A stretch of 62,408 nt of DNA, filler included. It is 3 parts of 3 records of this genome, joined end to end, with 100 filler letters (N's around TTAATTAATTAA, not from the genome) between each part and the next. Parts side by side here need not be neighbours in the genome. Positions count along the whole stretch, not along the records: positions 28,320 to 47,868 come from SRR20825019_710; 2 more parts are not named here. The stretch is one strand, 5' to 3'. A model generated the notes under the pieces. It saw nothing but the letters and a program-made list of their open reading frames with translations. It ran no database searches and was not told the origin of the DNA. Position numbers and translations under genes: made by a program. Positions within the stretch are counted from its first letter, which is position 1. Every line of letters begins with the position of its first letter. Positions 33,298 through 43,513 of the stretch are shown here, piece after piece.

Positions 33298-33909
33298 ATG
33301 TTTTCCGGCGCACAAGTTTCTCTTTATCCAATGACCGACAATTTTGTCGATGTCATTGTCGATGCGGTCAAGGCGATGGAGCCTTTCGCGCACGAACTCA
33401 GGATAGAGACAGACGACGTTTCCACGCTGATGGTCGGTCCACATGATGCGCTTTTTAAGGCCATGCGGACATTGTTCGAAAGTGCTGCAAAAACCGGCCA
33501 TCACGCTGTTCTCCACGCAACGGTTTCGCGCGGATGCCCCGGCGAGCCGGATGATCCGATCTGCGCCGGACCGCTGGATGCCGGAACCTTTGGACCGCTA
33601 ACCGAACGCCAGGAACAAGCCGCCGCTGCGGTTTCTCAGACAGGTGTTTCAGGCCTGCGTGCAGACGGGCAGTTTTCACTTTATGTGCCGGGCGCCTCAA
33701 TCCACATGGATGAGGTTTATGGCTGCATCGATTTTCTGAAACAGGCTGGCGTCTTCGCAAAATCGAAGAATTTCTGCACCAAGCTCTCCGGTGACAGCGC
33801 CGCCGTTTTTGAGGTCCTGCATCAGGCTTTCATCCGTTTCGGCACACCAGCAGGCCATGTTGCACTCGACATCACGATTTCGGCCAACAGCCCCAGCCTT
33901 AAAATCTAG
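33298..33909 (+). CDS. ykoF: YkoF-family thiamine/HMP-binding protein
   Basis: MFSGAQVSLYPM...ETDDVST...TVSRGCPG and second half-repeat GQFSLY...SANSPS; first gene after the riboswitch. Confidence 0.85.
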   Translation: MFSGAQVSLYPMTDNFVDVIVDAVKAMEPFAHELRIETDDVSTLMVGPHDALFKAMRTLFESAAKTGHHAVLHATVSRGCPGEPDDPICAGPLDAGTFGPLTERQEQAAAAVSQTGVSGLRADGQFSLYVPGASIHMDEVYGCIDFLKQAGVFAKSKNFCTKLSGDSAAVFEVLHQAFIRFGTPAGHVALDITISANSPSLKI

Positions 33910-33927
33910 TCCGCGGCGGAGAACCCC

Positions 33928-34722
33928 ATGCCTATGCCTTTTCCGGGCGGACGCCACCTTTTGTGGTTCCGCAAGATTTCACGCGCCCTTCCCGCGATAT
34001 TTGCAGTGATCGCATTGCTGGCAATCTGGGAGCTTTATGCACGCCTTTCCGGCATTCGCCCGACCACGCTACCCGCTCCGTCGCGCATTGCCGTTCAGGC
34101 TTGGATCAATCGCCAGGCACTTGTCGACAACACAATCCCGACCGTCAAGGCTACGCTCTGCGGCTTCGCACTTTCGCTGGCGGCAGCGTTTGTCCTTTCG
34201 GTCATACTCGATTTCTCAAAACTCTTTCGGCAGGCGCTGATGCCGCTTTTCATCATAAGCCAGACCCTGCCGCTGGTTGCAATCGCGCCGCTGGTAGTGC
34301 TGTGGTTCGGCTTCGGGCTGATGCCGAAGATTCTGCTCGTGGCGCTTGTGACTTTTTTTCCCATGCTGGTGGCGTGGCTGAGAGGCTATGGCGCCAGCGA
34401 ACAGGAAATCGAAGACCTGCTTTATTCCATGGGCTCCAGCCGTCCGGGCGTGTTTTTTCGAGCCAGACTGCCTGCTGCCCTTCCATACTTTTTCGCCGGT
34501 TTCCGGATTTCGATCACCTATGCCGTCGTCGGCGCAATCTTTGCGGAATATGCAGGGGCGGCACGTGGCCTCGGAATTTATATCCTGAACGCCAAGAACT
34601 CCTTCCGTCCCGATCTGGTACTCGCCGCCGTTTTCATCTCGGCAGCACTGACACTGACGCTTTTCGGGCTGACGGTTCTGGTCGAACGGCTGTTCATCCG
34701 CTGGAGATCTGTAAATGACTGA
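33928..34722 (+). CDS. thiX: ABC permease, HMP/thiamine uptake (ThiX-like)
   Basis: SsuC-type permease: LPAPS, SQTLPLVAIAPL, FFP, GAIFAEY...GLG. Confidence 0.85.
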   Translation: MPMPFPGGRHLLWFRKISRALPAIFAVIALLAIWELYARLSGIRPTTLPAPSRIAVQAWINRQALVDNTIPTVKATLCGFALSLAAAFVLSVILDFSKLFRQALMPLFIISQTLPLVAIAPLVVLWFGFGLMPKILLVALVTFFPMLVAWLRGYGASEQEIEDLLYSMGSSRPGVFFRARLPAALPYFFAGFRISITYAVVGAIFAEYAGAARGLGIYILNAKNSFRPDLVLAAVFISAALTLTLFGLTVLVERLFIRWRSVND

Positions 34723-35575
34723 TCCGTTGCTTTCCATATCAGATGTTTCAAAGGATTTTCGCGGGCTTCCGGTTCTCGACGGGCTTTCGCTTGATGTTGC
34801 CCCACAGACCTTTGTCAGCGTTTTAGGCCCATCCGGTGCCGGAAAATCGACCCTTTTCAAGATTTTGACCGGCGCCGAGAAAGCGGTGAGCGGCACGATA
34901 ACATTCGGTGGCGTGCCGCTCACTTTTCCCAACACGCATTTCGCCTTCATGCCGCAACGCGACGCACTGATGCCCTGGCGGCGGCTGATCGACAACGTGA
35001 CGCTGGGGCTTGAAGTACAGGGCATGAAACGCCGAAATGCCCGTGAGGTGGTGGCACCGCTGTTTGAGCCCTTTGGACTGAAGGGCTTCGAGCGACATTA
35101 TCCGCAGGCGCTTTCGGGCGGAATGCGCCAGCGTGCAGCTCTTATGCGAACCGTGGTGCAGCAACGCGACATGCTGCTACTGGATGAACCCTTTGGCGCT
35201 CTGGATGCACTGACACGCACATCCATGCAGCGGTTTCTTGAAGCCCGGTGGGAGCAGGAGCGCTGGACGGCCCTTCTGATCACCCATGATGTGCGTGAGG
35301 CGGTTTTTCTTTCAGACCGGATTTATGTGCTTTCACCACGGCCCGCTCGCGTGCTGCACACCTTTGACGTGCCATTGCCGCGCCCACGCAGGCTGGCAGA
35401 CCTTGCCAGCGCCGAGGCACGCGCAATCGAAACCGAAATTCTCCAGACTCTTCTTGTCAACGATCATGACGAAAAGGAATGCTCTCATGAAACGACCTCT
35501 GCACACCCTGATGACGGCAGCAGCAATGCTGACGATGGCGGCGACATTCGCATCCGGCGCGTATGCAACGGATGA
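34715..35575 (+). CDS. thiZ: ABC ATPase (ThiZ-like)
   Basis: Walker A GPSGAGKST, LSGGMRQR, LLLDEPFGALD, ITHD. Confidence 0.9.
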   Translation: MTDPLLSISDVSKDFRGLPVLDGLSLDVAPQTFVSVLGPSGAGKSTLFKILTGAEKAVSGTITFGGVPLTFPNTHFAFMPQRDALMPWRRLIDNVTLGLEVQGMKRRNAREVVAPLFEPFGLKGFERHYPQALSGGMRQRAALMRTVVQQRDMLLLDEPFGALDALTRTSMQRFLEARWEQERWTALLITHDVREAVFLSDRIYVLSPRPARVLHTFDVPLPRPRRLADLASAEARAIETEILQTLLVNDHDEKECSHETTSAHPDDGSSNADDGGDIRIRRVCNG

Positions 35576-36494
35576 CGTAACCGTCGCACTCGACTGGACG
35601 CCTAATACCAACCATGTGGGACTTTACGTCGCCGATGCCGAAGGTTTTTATGAAAAGGCCGGTCTCTCCGTGGACATTCTGCCCTATTCCGATACCGCTT
35701 CGGGGACGCTGGTTTCCAACGGCATTGCAGATTTCGGCATTGCCGGCCCTATAGCGGTGATCACCCAGCGCACCGCCGGTGCGGATATCAAGGCTGTTTA
35801 CGCCGTTGTTCAACACGAGACCGGGCGGCTGGTTTTCAACGCCGAGCGCGACGACATTCAGTCACCGAAGGATCTCGATGGCGAGGTTTTTGCCGGGTTC
35901 GGCGGCATCTGGAACAGGATCGTCCGCGACATGATCATCAATGACGGCGGTACTGGTGATTTCGAAACCGTAACGCTTGGCACGTCGGCCTATGAAGCGC
36001 TTGCCAACGGTCAGGTCGATTTCACGCTCGATATTGCGACTTGGGAAGGCGTAAATGCCGCGCTTGAAGGCCAAGATCAGCGTGCCTTTCTCTATTCCGA
36101 TTACGGCGTGCCCGAACAGCAGACAACGATGATCATTTCCTCTGATGCATATCTCGGTGCGCATCCGAAACAGGCCCGAGCCTTCCTCGCCGCAACGCTT
36201 GCAGGTTACCGCTGGGCTGCGGAAAACCCCGATAAAGCCGCCGAGATTTTGATGGAGGCCAACCCCTCGGTCCTCACCAACGCAGCACTTGTCCATGGTT
36301 CGATGGAAGCGCTGGTGGATGGCCACTATCTCGTCGCTGAGGATGGCACAATCGGCACGATCAATCCGGAGCGTTTCAATGCTTTTGGCGCTTATCTGGC
36401 TAAAGCCGGGGTGCTGCAGGATGAAAACGGAACAACAATCACCAAGGCACCGGACTTCTCCCCCTACTTCACCAATGACTACCTGCCGCAATAA
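35487..36494 (+). CDS. thiY: ABC substrate-binding protein, NMT1/THI5 family (ThiY-like)
   Basis: Signal peptide from ATG 35487; LDWTPNTNHVGLYVA...G motif; C-terminal YFTNDYL. Confidence 0.88.
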   Translation: MKRPLHTLMTAAAMLTMAATFASGAYATDDVTVALDWTPNTNHVGLYVADAEGFYEKAGLSVDILPYSDTASGTLVSNGIADFGIAGPIAVITQRTAGADIKAVYAVVQHETGRLVFNAERDDIQSPKDLDGEVFAGFGGIWNRIVRDMIINDGGTGDFETVTLGTSAYEALANGQVDFTLDIATWEGVNAALEGQDQRAFLYSDYGVPEQQTTMIISSDAYLGAHPKQARAFLAATLAGYRWAAENPDKAAEILMEANPSVLTNAALVHGSMEALVDGHYLVAEDGTIGTINPERFNAFGAYLAKAGVLQDENGTTITKAPDFSPYFTNDYLPQ

Positions 36495-36505
36495 GGGAGC
36501 CGACC

Positions 36506-37207
36506 ATGCACGGAACACCTGACCATACAGCAACCACGACAACTTCCTTTTCAGAAGAAGCCTGGACGGTGATAGCCCCGATCCGTCAGGCGATTGAAGA
36601 TCTTCCCCTACTGCGCGAGCTGGCCGATGGCTCGCTGAAGAAAGATATATTCCTGCATTATATTCAGCAGGATGCGCTTTATCTGAAGGAATATGCAAGG
36701 GCGCTGGCCATCGTGGCATCGAAAGCACCGGACAGCGAACAGATGCTGCGCTTTCTGACCTCATCGCAACGCGCACTGCAGGTCGAACAGGGGCTGCATT
36801 CCGATTTTCTGAAGACCTTTGGACTTGCGTTCAGTGATCTCGAAAACGCCACGGCCTCGCCTAGCGGTTTCGCTTATGTAAATTTCATCATGTCCGTAGT
36901 GCAGTCCTCATCCTATGCAGTCGGGCTTTCGGCAATCCTTCCCTGTTTCTGGATCTACTACGATGTCGGCGAACGGATGAAGACATTGCCGAAAGTCGAT
37001 GGCAATCCATACCAAGCCTGGATCGACACGTATGGTGATGTCGATTTCGCAGATGGTGCACGCGCCGTCATCCGGCTTACAGATATAGCCGCGGCGAAAG
37101 CATCACCGGACGAACGGCAAAGAATGCTCGACGTTTTCACACGTGCATCACAGTATGAGTGGCTGTTCTGGCAAACGGCATCAGAGCTTGAAAGTTGGCG
37201 TGTCTGA
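36506..37207 (+). CDS. tenA: Thiaminase II / aminopyrimidine aminohydrolase
   Basis: YIQQDALYL, PCFWIY (catalytic Cys), YQAWIDTY, YEWLFW. Confidence 0.92.
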   Translation: MHGTPDHTATTTTSFSEEAWTVIAPIRQAIEDLPLLRELADGSLKKDIFLHYIQQDALYLKEYARALAIVASKAPDSEQMLRFLTSSQRALQVEQGLHSDFLKTFGLAFSDLENATASPSGFAYVNFIMSVVQSSSYAVGLSAILPCFWIYYDVGERMKTLPKVDGNPYQAWIDTYGDVDFADGARAVIRLTDIAAAKASPDERQRMLDVFTRASQYEWLFWQTASELESWRV

Positions 37208-37364
37208 CATGATGCAGGAAAAATGCGAAGCGGCATGACAACAGCGTTCGCCCGAATGATTTTGCATAAATGGCAGTCATGTTCTAACCCTCTTCACAAA
37301 AGCCGTTTATCCATGACCTGACAATCCGCTTCGGATTGAGGATCGTTCGCTTGAGAGACCTGTC

Positions 37365-38531
37365 ATGAATATTGCCGTTGCAGGGGTTGGTTATGTTGGA
37401 TTGTCCAATGCCATATTGCTTGCCCAGAATCACCACGTCGTCGCCGTCGACCTGAATGCAGAACGCATTGCCATGGTCAACGCCGGGAAAAGCCCGATTG
37501 TGGACGCAGAAATCGAAGATTATCTGGTAAACAAAAGGCTCGATCTGACAGCGACAACCGATCCTGCAAAGGCCTTTGAACGCGCGGATTTTGTTATCGT
37601 TGCAACGCCAACGAACTACAACACGGAAACCAACTACTTCGATACATCATCCGTCGAGTCGGTGATCGCCGAGGTAAGAGATATCAACAAAGCCGCGACC
37701 ATCGTGATCAAATCGACAATCCCGGTGGGTTTCGTCGAACGAATCCGTGAAACATACGAGACTGATCAGATCATCTTCTCTCCGGAGTTCTTGCGCGAAG
37801 GGCGTGCGCTTTATGACAATTTATATCCCTCGCGCATTATCGTCGGCGACCGGTCAGATCGCGCGCGGGCGTTTGCCGATCTCCTGATTGAAGGCGCAAT
37901 CGCCAAGGATGTGCCGGTTCTCTTTACCAATCCGTCCGAGGCTGAAGCGATCAAGCTTTTTGCCAATACCTATCTTGCCATGCGTGTCGCCTATTTCAAC
38001 GAACTCGACAGTTACGCCATGGCGCATGGAATGGACAGCCGGCAGATCATCGACGGGATCGGGCTCGATCCCAGGATTGGCAACCACTATAATAACCCGT
38101 CCTTCGGTTACGGCGGATATTGCCTGCCGAAAGATACGCGGCAGCTTCTGGCGAACTATTCCAACGTGCCGCAGAACCTCATCCGGGCAATCGTTGATGC
38201 CAATACCACGCGCAAGGATTTCATCGCCGAACGGATCATCGCAAAGCAACCGGACACCGTTGGTATTTACCGACTTGTGATGAAAACCGGCTCAGACAAT
38301 TTCCGCGATTCCTCTGTTCAGGGCATCATGAAGCGGATCAAGGCCAAAGGTATCCGGGTTATTGTTTTCGAGCCGGTCCTGACGGAACCGGAGTTTTTTC
38401 GCTCGCCGGTTATCAATGATCTGGAAGCTTTCAAACGTGAGGCCGATGTGATCGTCGCCAACAGGATCACCGACGAAATCAGCGACGTCACGGACAAGGT
38501 CTTTACCCGCGACCTTTTCGGGTCCGACTGA
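37365..38531 (+). CDS. ugd: UDP-glucose 6-dehydrogenase
   Basis: [39 protein letters not shown]. Confidence 0.95.
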   Translation: MNIAVAGVGYVGLSNAILLAQNHHVVAVDLNAERIAMVNAGKSPIVDAEIEDYLVNKRLDLTATTDPAKAFERADFVIVATPTNYNTETNYFDTSSVESVIAEVRDINKAATIVIKSTIPVGFVERIRETYETDQIIFSPEFLREGRALYDNLYPSRIIVGDRSDRARAFADLLIEGAIAKDVPVLFTNPSEAEAIKLFANTYLAMRVAYFNELDSYAMAHGMDSRQIIDGIGLDPRIGNHYNNPSFGYGGYCLPKDTRQLLANYSNVPQNLIRAIVDANTTRKDFIAERIIAKQPDTVGIYRLVMKTGSDNFRDSSVQGIMKRIKAKGIRVIVFEPVLTEPEFFRSPVINDLEAFKREADVIVANRITDEISDVTDKVFTRDLFGSD

Positions 38532-38548
38532 GAAAAATCACCTGATTT

Positions 38549-39967
38549 TCAACGGAAATCAAACGCAGACAGCCCTGCGGCTTGCTCATCCAGTCCCAAA
38601 GGCCGGGTAATCGGTGGCGCCGCGCGGGAAATACAGCCCGGTCGTTCACAAAGACGACACACCTGGCCGACCGGAACGACAGAAGCATCCGGCCCGATCG
38701 CCTTCCCATAAACCGTGCTCATTGCCGCGGCCCAATCCAGTCCCAGAACCAGCGCGGTCTGGCGCGGTGGCTCGTTCAGGGTTGGTTCCGGCGCTTCCAG
38801 CGTACGCGACAACAGCAGGAATTCACCGCCATCCGGCAGCGCGACCCTTTCCGTCGCCAGCCTGCCCGGCTTCGAAAAAGCATCATAGACACCAAGACGC
38901 GGACACTCACCCCGGAAACGTGCATGCGGAAAGCCGTCGGCCCCGAGGCGGCGCAAAAGGTTTCCGGCGCGATCCACCTCAAGCGCAAAGAACTTCAGAC
39001 CGCCGTTTTCCGGGCGCTGTAGCGTGATCAACCGCAAAGCCGCCTGTTCAAACGATACCGAGAACCGCCCTGCCAGCGCAGCAACGTCATATTGAGATCG
39101 CCGTGCCGCTTCCAGAAATGGTCCATAGGGCATGATCAGTGCGAGCGCGGCATAGTGTGCCAACTCAAACCGCGCCAACCTGCGGGCCTCATCGCTGCTC
39201 AGTGCCAAAGCCTGAACGGCGGCATCAATCGGTTGCCAGAGCGCAAGCAGTGCGGCTTCTACCGCAATTTCACGCACCCGGTCATAATGCGAAAAGCGTG
39301 CCGAAATGAACAATCGCATCGTATGCCGGTCAAAGCGCCGTCCGAGATTGACCAGGGCGCCCGGCGGCAAAACCCTGACTGCAATACCGTGCTTTTCCTT
39401 CAGCCAGGCTTTCAGCGCGGCACCCGGATCATCCCCGGGATCAAGATCGCCATGAAGCAATTCGGCCGCCTGATCGATCTCATCAAAGAAAAAGGGGCGT
39501 CGCGAAAGGTTGTCGCGCACTTCCTCATGGGGCAGCCGTTTTCCGGTCAGGCGGGTATCGCGGCCCTCACTGGCCAGAAGCGCCGTCAGATCAGAAAGGC
39601 GCTCTGCCTGCTCGCAGTAAGCGCGGTAAAGCCTGATCAGACCGAGTGCCGCATTCGGGGCCGCCTCCGCCACTTCCACGAGTTCCTGATCACCCGGTAG
39701 CTCTCCGGCCAGCAGAGGGTCGGAAAACACTGATTTCAACTGACTGATCGTGCCACCACTTTCCCCCTGAAGAGCGGCGATATCAACATTATAGACGCCC
39801 GCCAGTTTCAGCAGAAGCTGCACGGTTAAAGGACGTTGATTGCGCTCGATCAGGTTGAGATAAGATGGTGATATCGAAAGCGCTTCGGCCATCGCAGTCT
39901 GCGTGAGATCGCGTTCTCTTCTGAGACGCCGCAAACGCGGCCCGGCAAATATCTTGTTCTCGGCCAT
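38549..39967 (-). CDS. XRE-family short-chain fatty acyl-CoA regulator (ScfR/RamB)
   Basis: HTH ISPSYLNLIERNQRPLT, RLITLQRP, DRAGN, C-terminal CRLCERPGCISRA; divergent from aceA. Confidence 0.9.
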   Translation of the reverse strand: MAENKIFAGPRLRRLRRERDLTQTAMAEALSISPSYLNLIERNQRPLTVQLLLKLAGVYNVDIAALQGESGGTISQLKSVFSDPLLAGELPGDQELVEVAEAAPNAALGLIRLYRAYCEQAERLSDLTALLASEGRDTRLTGKRLPHEEVRDNLSRRPFFFDEIDQAAELLHGDLDPGDDPGAALKAWLKEKHGIAVRVLPPGALVNLGRRFDRHTMRLFISARFSHYDRVREIAVEAALLALWQPIDAAVQALALSSDEARRLARFELAHYAALALIMPYGPFLEAARRSQYDVAALAGRFSVSFEQAALRLITLQRPENGGLKFFALEVDRAGNLLRRLGADGFPHARFRGECPRLGVYDAFSKPGRLATERVALPDGGEFLLLSRTLEAPEPTLNEPPRQTALVLGLDWAAAMSTVYGKAIGPDASVVPVGQVCRLCERPGCISRAAPPITRPLGLDEQAAGLSAFDFR

Positions 39968-40185
39968 CTTCTCCTCCCGTCAAATGGCGCATTTTCTTTT
40001 ACAATATTCACAATTTTACAAATGCCAATAGTCAATTTCAGACAAGATAACCCGATTATCGTCTTGATATTTGCCATTTTCATAGCATTTCGACGATCTG
40101 ATTAGTAAATTCTGTCACACATCATGGGTTTTATAACGACATCACAGTCAAAACCCATGACTTCTGTTTTGAGAGGAGCAAAACA

Positions 40186-41472
40186 ATGTCTAACTTTTAC
40201 ACTTTGATTGAATCTGCACCAGAAGGACGCTTTGACGGCATTGAGCGCAGTTACAGCATCAACGATGTCACGCGGCTACGCGGCTCCATGCCGATCCGCC
40301 ACACGCTTGCAGAAGCCGGTGCAAACCGGCTCTGGAAACTCATTCATGAGGAAGATTTCGTCAATGCGCTGGGCGCCCTTTCCGGCAATCAGGCGATGCA
40401 GATGGTTCGCGCGGGCTTGAAAGCGATCTATCTTTCCGGCTGGCAGGTCGCTGCTGATGCCAATACCGCCTCAGCCATGTATCCAGACCAGTCGCTGTAT
40501 CCGGCGAATGCCGGGCCCGAATTGGCCCGGCGCATAAACAAGACGCTACAGCGTGCCGACCAGATCGAAACATCGGAAGGCAACGGACTTTCCGTCGACA
40601 ACTGGTTTGCGCCGATTATCGCAGATGCCGAAGCAGGCTTTGGCGGGCCGCTTAACGCGTTTGAAATCATGAAGGCCTATATTGAGGCAGGCGCTGCGGG
40701 CGTGCACTTTGAAGATCAACTGGCCTCGGAGAAGAAGTGCGGACATCTGGGCGGCAAGGTGCTGATCCCGACCGCGGCTCATATCCGCAACCTCACCGCC
40801 GCACGACTGGCCGCCGATGTCATGGGCGTTCCATCACTGGTGATTGCGCGTACCGATGCGGAAGCCGCCAAGCTTTTGACCTCGGACATCGACGAGCGCG
40901 ATCAGCCATTTGTCGATTATGACGCAGGCCGCACGGCGGAAGGCTTTTACCGGGTCAGAAACGGGCTGGAACCCTGCATCGCCCGCGCTGTCGCCTATGC
41001 ACCCTATTGCGACCTGATCTGGTGCGAAACCTCCAAGCCGGACCTCGAACAGGCAAAAATGTTCGCCGAAGGTGTACGCAGACATCACCCGGACAAGCTT
41101 TTGGCCTACAACTGCTCACCATCCTTCAATTGGAAGAAAAACCTGGATGACGCCACGATTGCGAAGTTCCAGCGCGAACTTGGCGCCATGGGCTACAAGT
41201 TCCAGTTCATAACGCTGGCCGGGTTCCACCAGCTCAATTACGGGATGTTCGAACTGGCGCGCGGCTACAGGGATCGCCAGATGGCCGCTTATTCCGAGCT
41301 TCAGCAGGCAGAGTTTGCAGCAGAAACCAACGGCTACACCGCCACCAAACATCAACGTGAAGTGGGTACCGGCTATTTCGATGCCGTTTCCATGGCAATC
41401 ACCGGTGGCACCGGTTCAACCACTGCCATGAATGAGTCCACCGAAGCAGCGCAGTTTCAGGCTGCCGAGTAA
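40186..41472 (+). CDS. aceA: Isocitrate lyase
   Basis: [48 protein letters not shown]. Confidence 0.98.
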   Translation: MSNFYTLIESAPEGRFDGIERSYSINDVTRLRGSMPIRHTLAEAGANRLWKLIHEEDFVNALGALSGNQAMQMVRAGLKAIYLSGWQVAADANTASAMYPDQSLYPANAGPELARRINKTLQRADQIETSEGNGLSVDNWFAPIIADAEAGFGGPLNAFEIMKAYIEAGAAGVHFEDQLASEKKCGHLGGKVLIPTAAHIRNLTAARLAADVMGVPSLVIARTDAEAAKLLTSDIDERDQPFVDYDAGRTAEGFYRVRNGLEPCIARAVAYAPYCDLIWCETSKPDLEQAKMFAEGVRRHHPDKLLAYNCSPSFNWKKNLDDATIAKFQRELGAMGYKFQFITLAGFHQLNYGMFELARGYRDRQMAAYSELQQAEFAAETNGYTATKHQREVGTGYFDAVSMAITGGTGSTTAMNESTEAAQFQAAE

Positions 41473-41533
41473 CCGAAACCGAAAGAGCAGCTCTGATGAG
41501 GAGCGGAGCGGCTCGATTTAAAATGAGGAGGAC

Positions 41534-41806
41534 ATGGAAATGACCCCAAAACTTAACGTCAAGGAACGCGCCGAAGCGCAAACGACATGTATGACAGCCG
41601 AGCAGCAGGCGGCCATCCGCATGATTGCCAACGACCTGCACCGGCTGAACCAGTCGGTCATGCGTGCGGTCGATTCAGGCATCTCCGTCGAGTTGATCCG
41701 TTCAGCCCGACACCATTGCGGCAAAGGCAGTTGGGGAGATCTGCTGACACCCCTGATCATCACCGGCTCGATCAATGAGCCTGCGATTGACGACAACATG
41801 AGCTGA
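41534..41806 (+). CDS. SMc00767-family small acetate-metabolism protein
   Basis: VKERAE...QQAAIRMIANDLHRLNQSVMRAV...ELIRSARHH...WGDL; position after aceA as in rhizobia. Confidence 0.8.
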   Translation: MEMTPKLNVKERAEAQTTCMTAEQQAAIRMIANDLHRLNQSVMRAVDSGISVELIRSARHHCGKGSWGDLLTPLIITGSINEPAIDDNMS

Positions 41807-41822
41807 GAAAACGATTATGCCG

Positions 41823-41849
41823 TTCCGGCTGCGAAATCCGCGGCCGGAA
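41823..41849. terminator. Stem-loop between convergent genes
   Basis: TTCCGGCTGCG/CGCGGCCGGAA inverted repeat with one wobble. Confidence 0.55.
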
Positions 41850-41854
41850 AAGCA

Positions 41855-42601
41855 TCAGCGGTTCGACATCGGAAACCAGCCTGTATCCAGACGTGCATGA
41901 CGATCGAAAAAATCACACATTTCAGCCAGACGCGCTTCCTGCAACACTCGAACTGTGCCGTTATTCCGTTCAATCAACCCGTCCTTTTCAAGCGCAGTAA
42001 AACTGCGACTGACATAGACATTGGTCAGACCCAGAATATCGGAAATTTCCGTCTGGTTGAGCGGCAGGTTAAACGTATCGGCAACGGATTTGTTCGCAAT
42101 GCGCAGACGCGCCAGCATATCCAGGACCAGATAGGCAATGCGTTCACGCGCACTCATACGCCCCATGGCACGCAGGAAATCGATCAGGATAACCTGATTG
42201 CGGATTGAAAGCGTGAACAACAGCGCAGAAAGCTGCGGAGCAGAATCGAACACCTTTTTCAAAGCACTTTTGGGAAACGGACAAAGACAAGCGTCTTCGG
42301 CAGCGCGGAGAACTGTGGTCGTCTCATGAAAAGCGATATCGGGGAAACCGACAATATCTCCGGGATGATGGATCTCCACAATCTGACGTCGGCCGTCGAT
42401 TAAATCGGTGTAGCTGTAAAGCCAGCCACGTTTGACGACGTAGAGGTTCGCGTTCGGCTCGCCGCCCTGGTAAACCTCGCTCTGTCTTTTAAAGCTGCGC
42501 TCTTCACGTTCCAGTTCAGCCAGACTTGCAAGTGAGGCTTTATCCAGACTTACATAATGAGACAGCTTCTGGACCAGACAGCTTTGCGACGCATCGCTCA
42601 T
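41855..42601 (-). CDS. Crp/Fnr-family transcriptional regulator
   Basis: DGRRQI...PGDIVG cNMP-like domain, ARERIA, HTH NQTEISDILGLTNVYVSRSF; start approximate. Confidence 0.9.
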   Translation of the reverse strand: MSDASQSCLVQKLSHYVSLDKASLASLAELEREERSFKRQSEVYQGGEPNANLYVVKRGWLYSYTDLIDGRRQIVEIHHPGDIVGFPDIAFHETTTVLRAAEDACLCPFPKSALKKVFDSAPQLSALLFTLSIRNQVILIDFLRAMGRMSARERIAYLVLDMLARLRIANKSVADTFNLPLNQTEISDILGLTNVYVSRSFTALEKDGLIERNNGTVRVLQEARLAEMCDFFDRHARLDTGWFPMSNR

Positions 42602-42790
42602 CCTCATCCCCTCAAGATCAGACTTCCGGCACATTCTGCCGTTCAAAACTGTAGACGTGCAGATTCACCTCGTAACCTTTCCAGCGAACAAAGGGAATAA
42701 CGACTTCAAACGGGTATGAAAACCGGCAGGTCGAAAATCAGCACGATGCGCGCAAGAGCGCCTTGTGATTGCAGCTATGAGAGCCGTCTC

Positions 42791-43513
42791 TCATTTAACC
42801 AGTACGTCTGTGCGCACCTGGAAGCGGGCTGGATCATAGATTGCCTGAGAAATCTCGACCAGTTCGTCATTGTGGCTGAAAAGATCTGCATCAATACGCA
42901 AAACCGGCGCCTCCGGCGACAACCCAATCGCATCGGCGGCAGCCGCTGGACAAACGATGGCGTTTACACTCTGCGAAACCCTGACAACCGGGCGGCTGAA
43001 CATTTCCTCAATCAGACTGTAAATTGAACCGACATTGTGCCGTGACAGCGATGGTTCGATGCCGACATAGGGACCGGACACAAACATGCGCGTCCAGTTA
43101 AACGGTCTGAGCCTGCCGGGAATGCGGCGCACACCGATGATCTCAAGCCAGTACCCCGTTGGACTTTCGCGTCCGCCAAGCGCTGGATCGGAATTGTTTT
43201 CGATATGTCGCGACGACCAGATATCCAGCACCGTTTCCCGCGTCACGCGCATCAATTCCGGCATACCATTTGTTGCCATGCGAAAATGCTGTTGTGGCAC
43301 CTGCGACGCCACAATAGTACCTACGCGCTTGCGGCGGGCCAGCAACCCCTCCGACTCAAGCTCACTCAATGCCCGTCGCAATGTCGTTCTGCTGACCCCC
43401 CGCTCTACAGCAAAATCAACTTCAGGCGGAAGCCGGTCTCCGACTTTCCAACGGCCTGATACGATCTCATCGCGAAGTGAACGTGTTAGAAGCTTGTGAC
43501 GAGGTGCACTCAT
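42791..43513 (-). CDS. GntR-family (HutC/UTRA) regulator
   Basis: GDRLPPE...GVSRTTLRRAL...GT wHTH with UTRA-like C-terminus; 4-nt overlap with dctM stop. Confidence 0.9.
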   Translation of the reverse strand: MSAPRHKLLTRSLRDEIVSGRWKVGDRLPPEVDFAVERGVSRTTLRRALSELESEGLLARRKRVGTIVASQVPQQHFRMATNGMPELMRVTRETVLDIWSSRHIENNSDPALGGRESPTGYWLEIIGVRRIPGRLRPFNWTRMFVSGPYVGIEPSLSRHNVGSIYSLIEEMFSRPVVRVSQSVNAIVCPAAAADAIGLSPEAPVLRIDADLFSHNDELVEISQAIYDPARFQVRTDVLVK

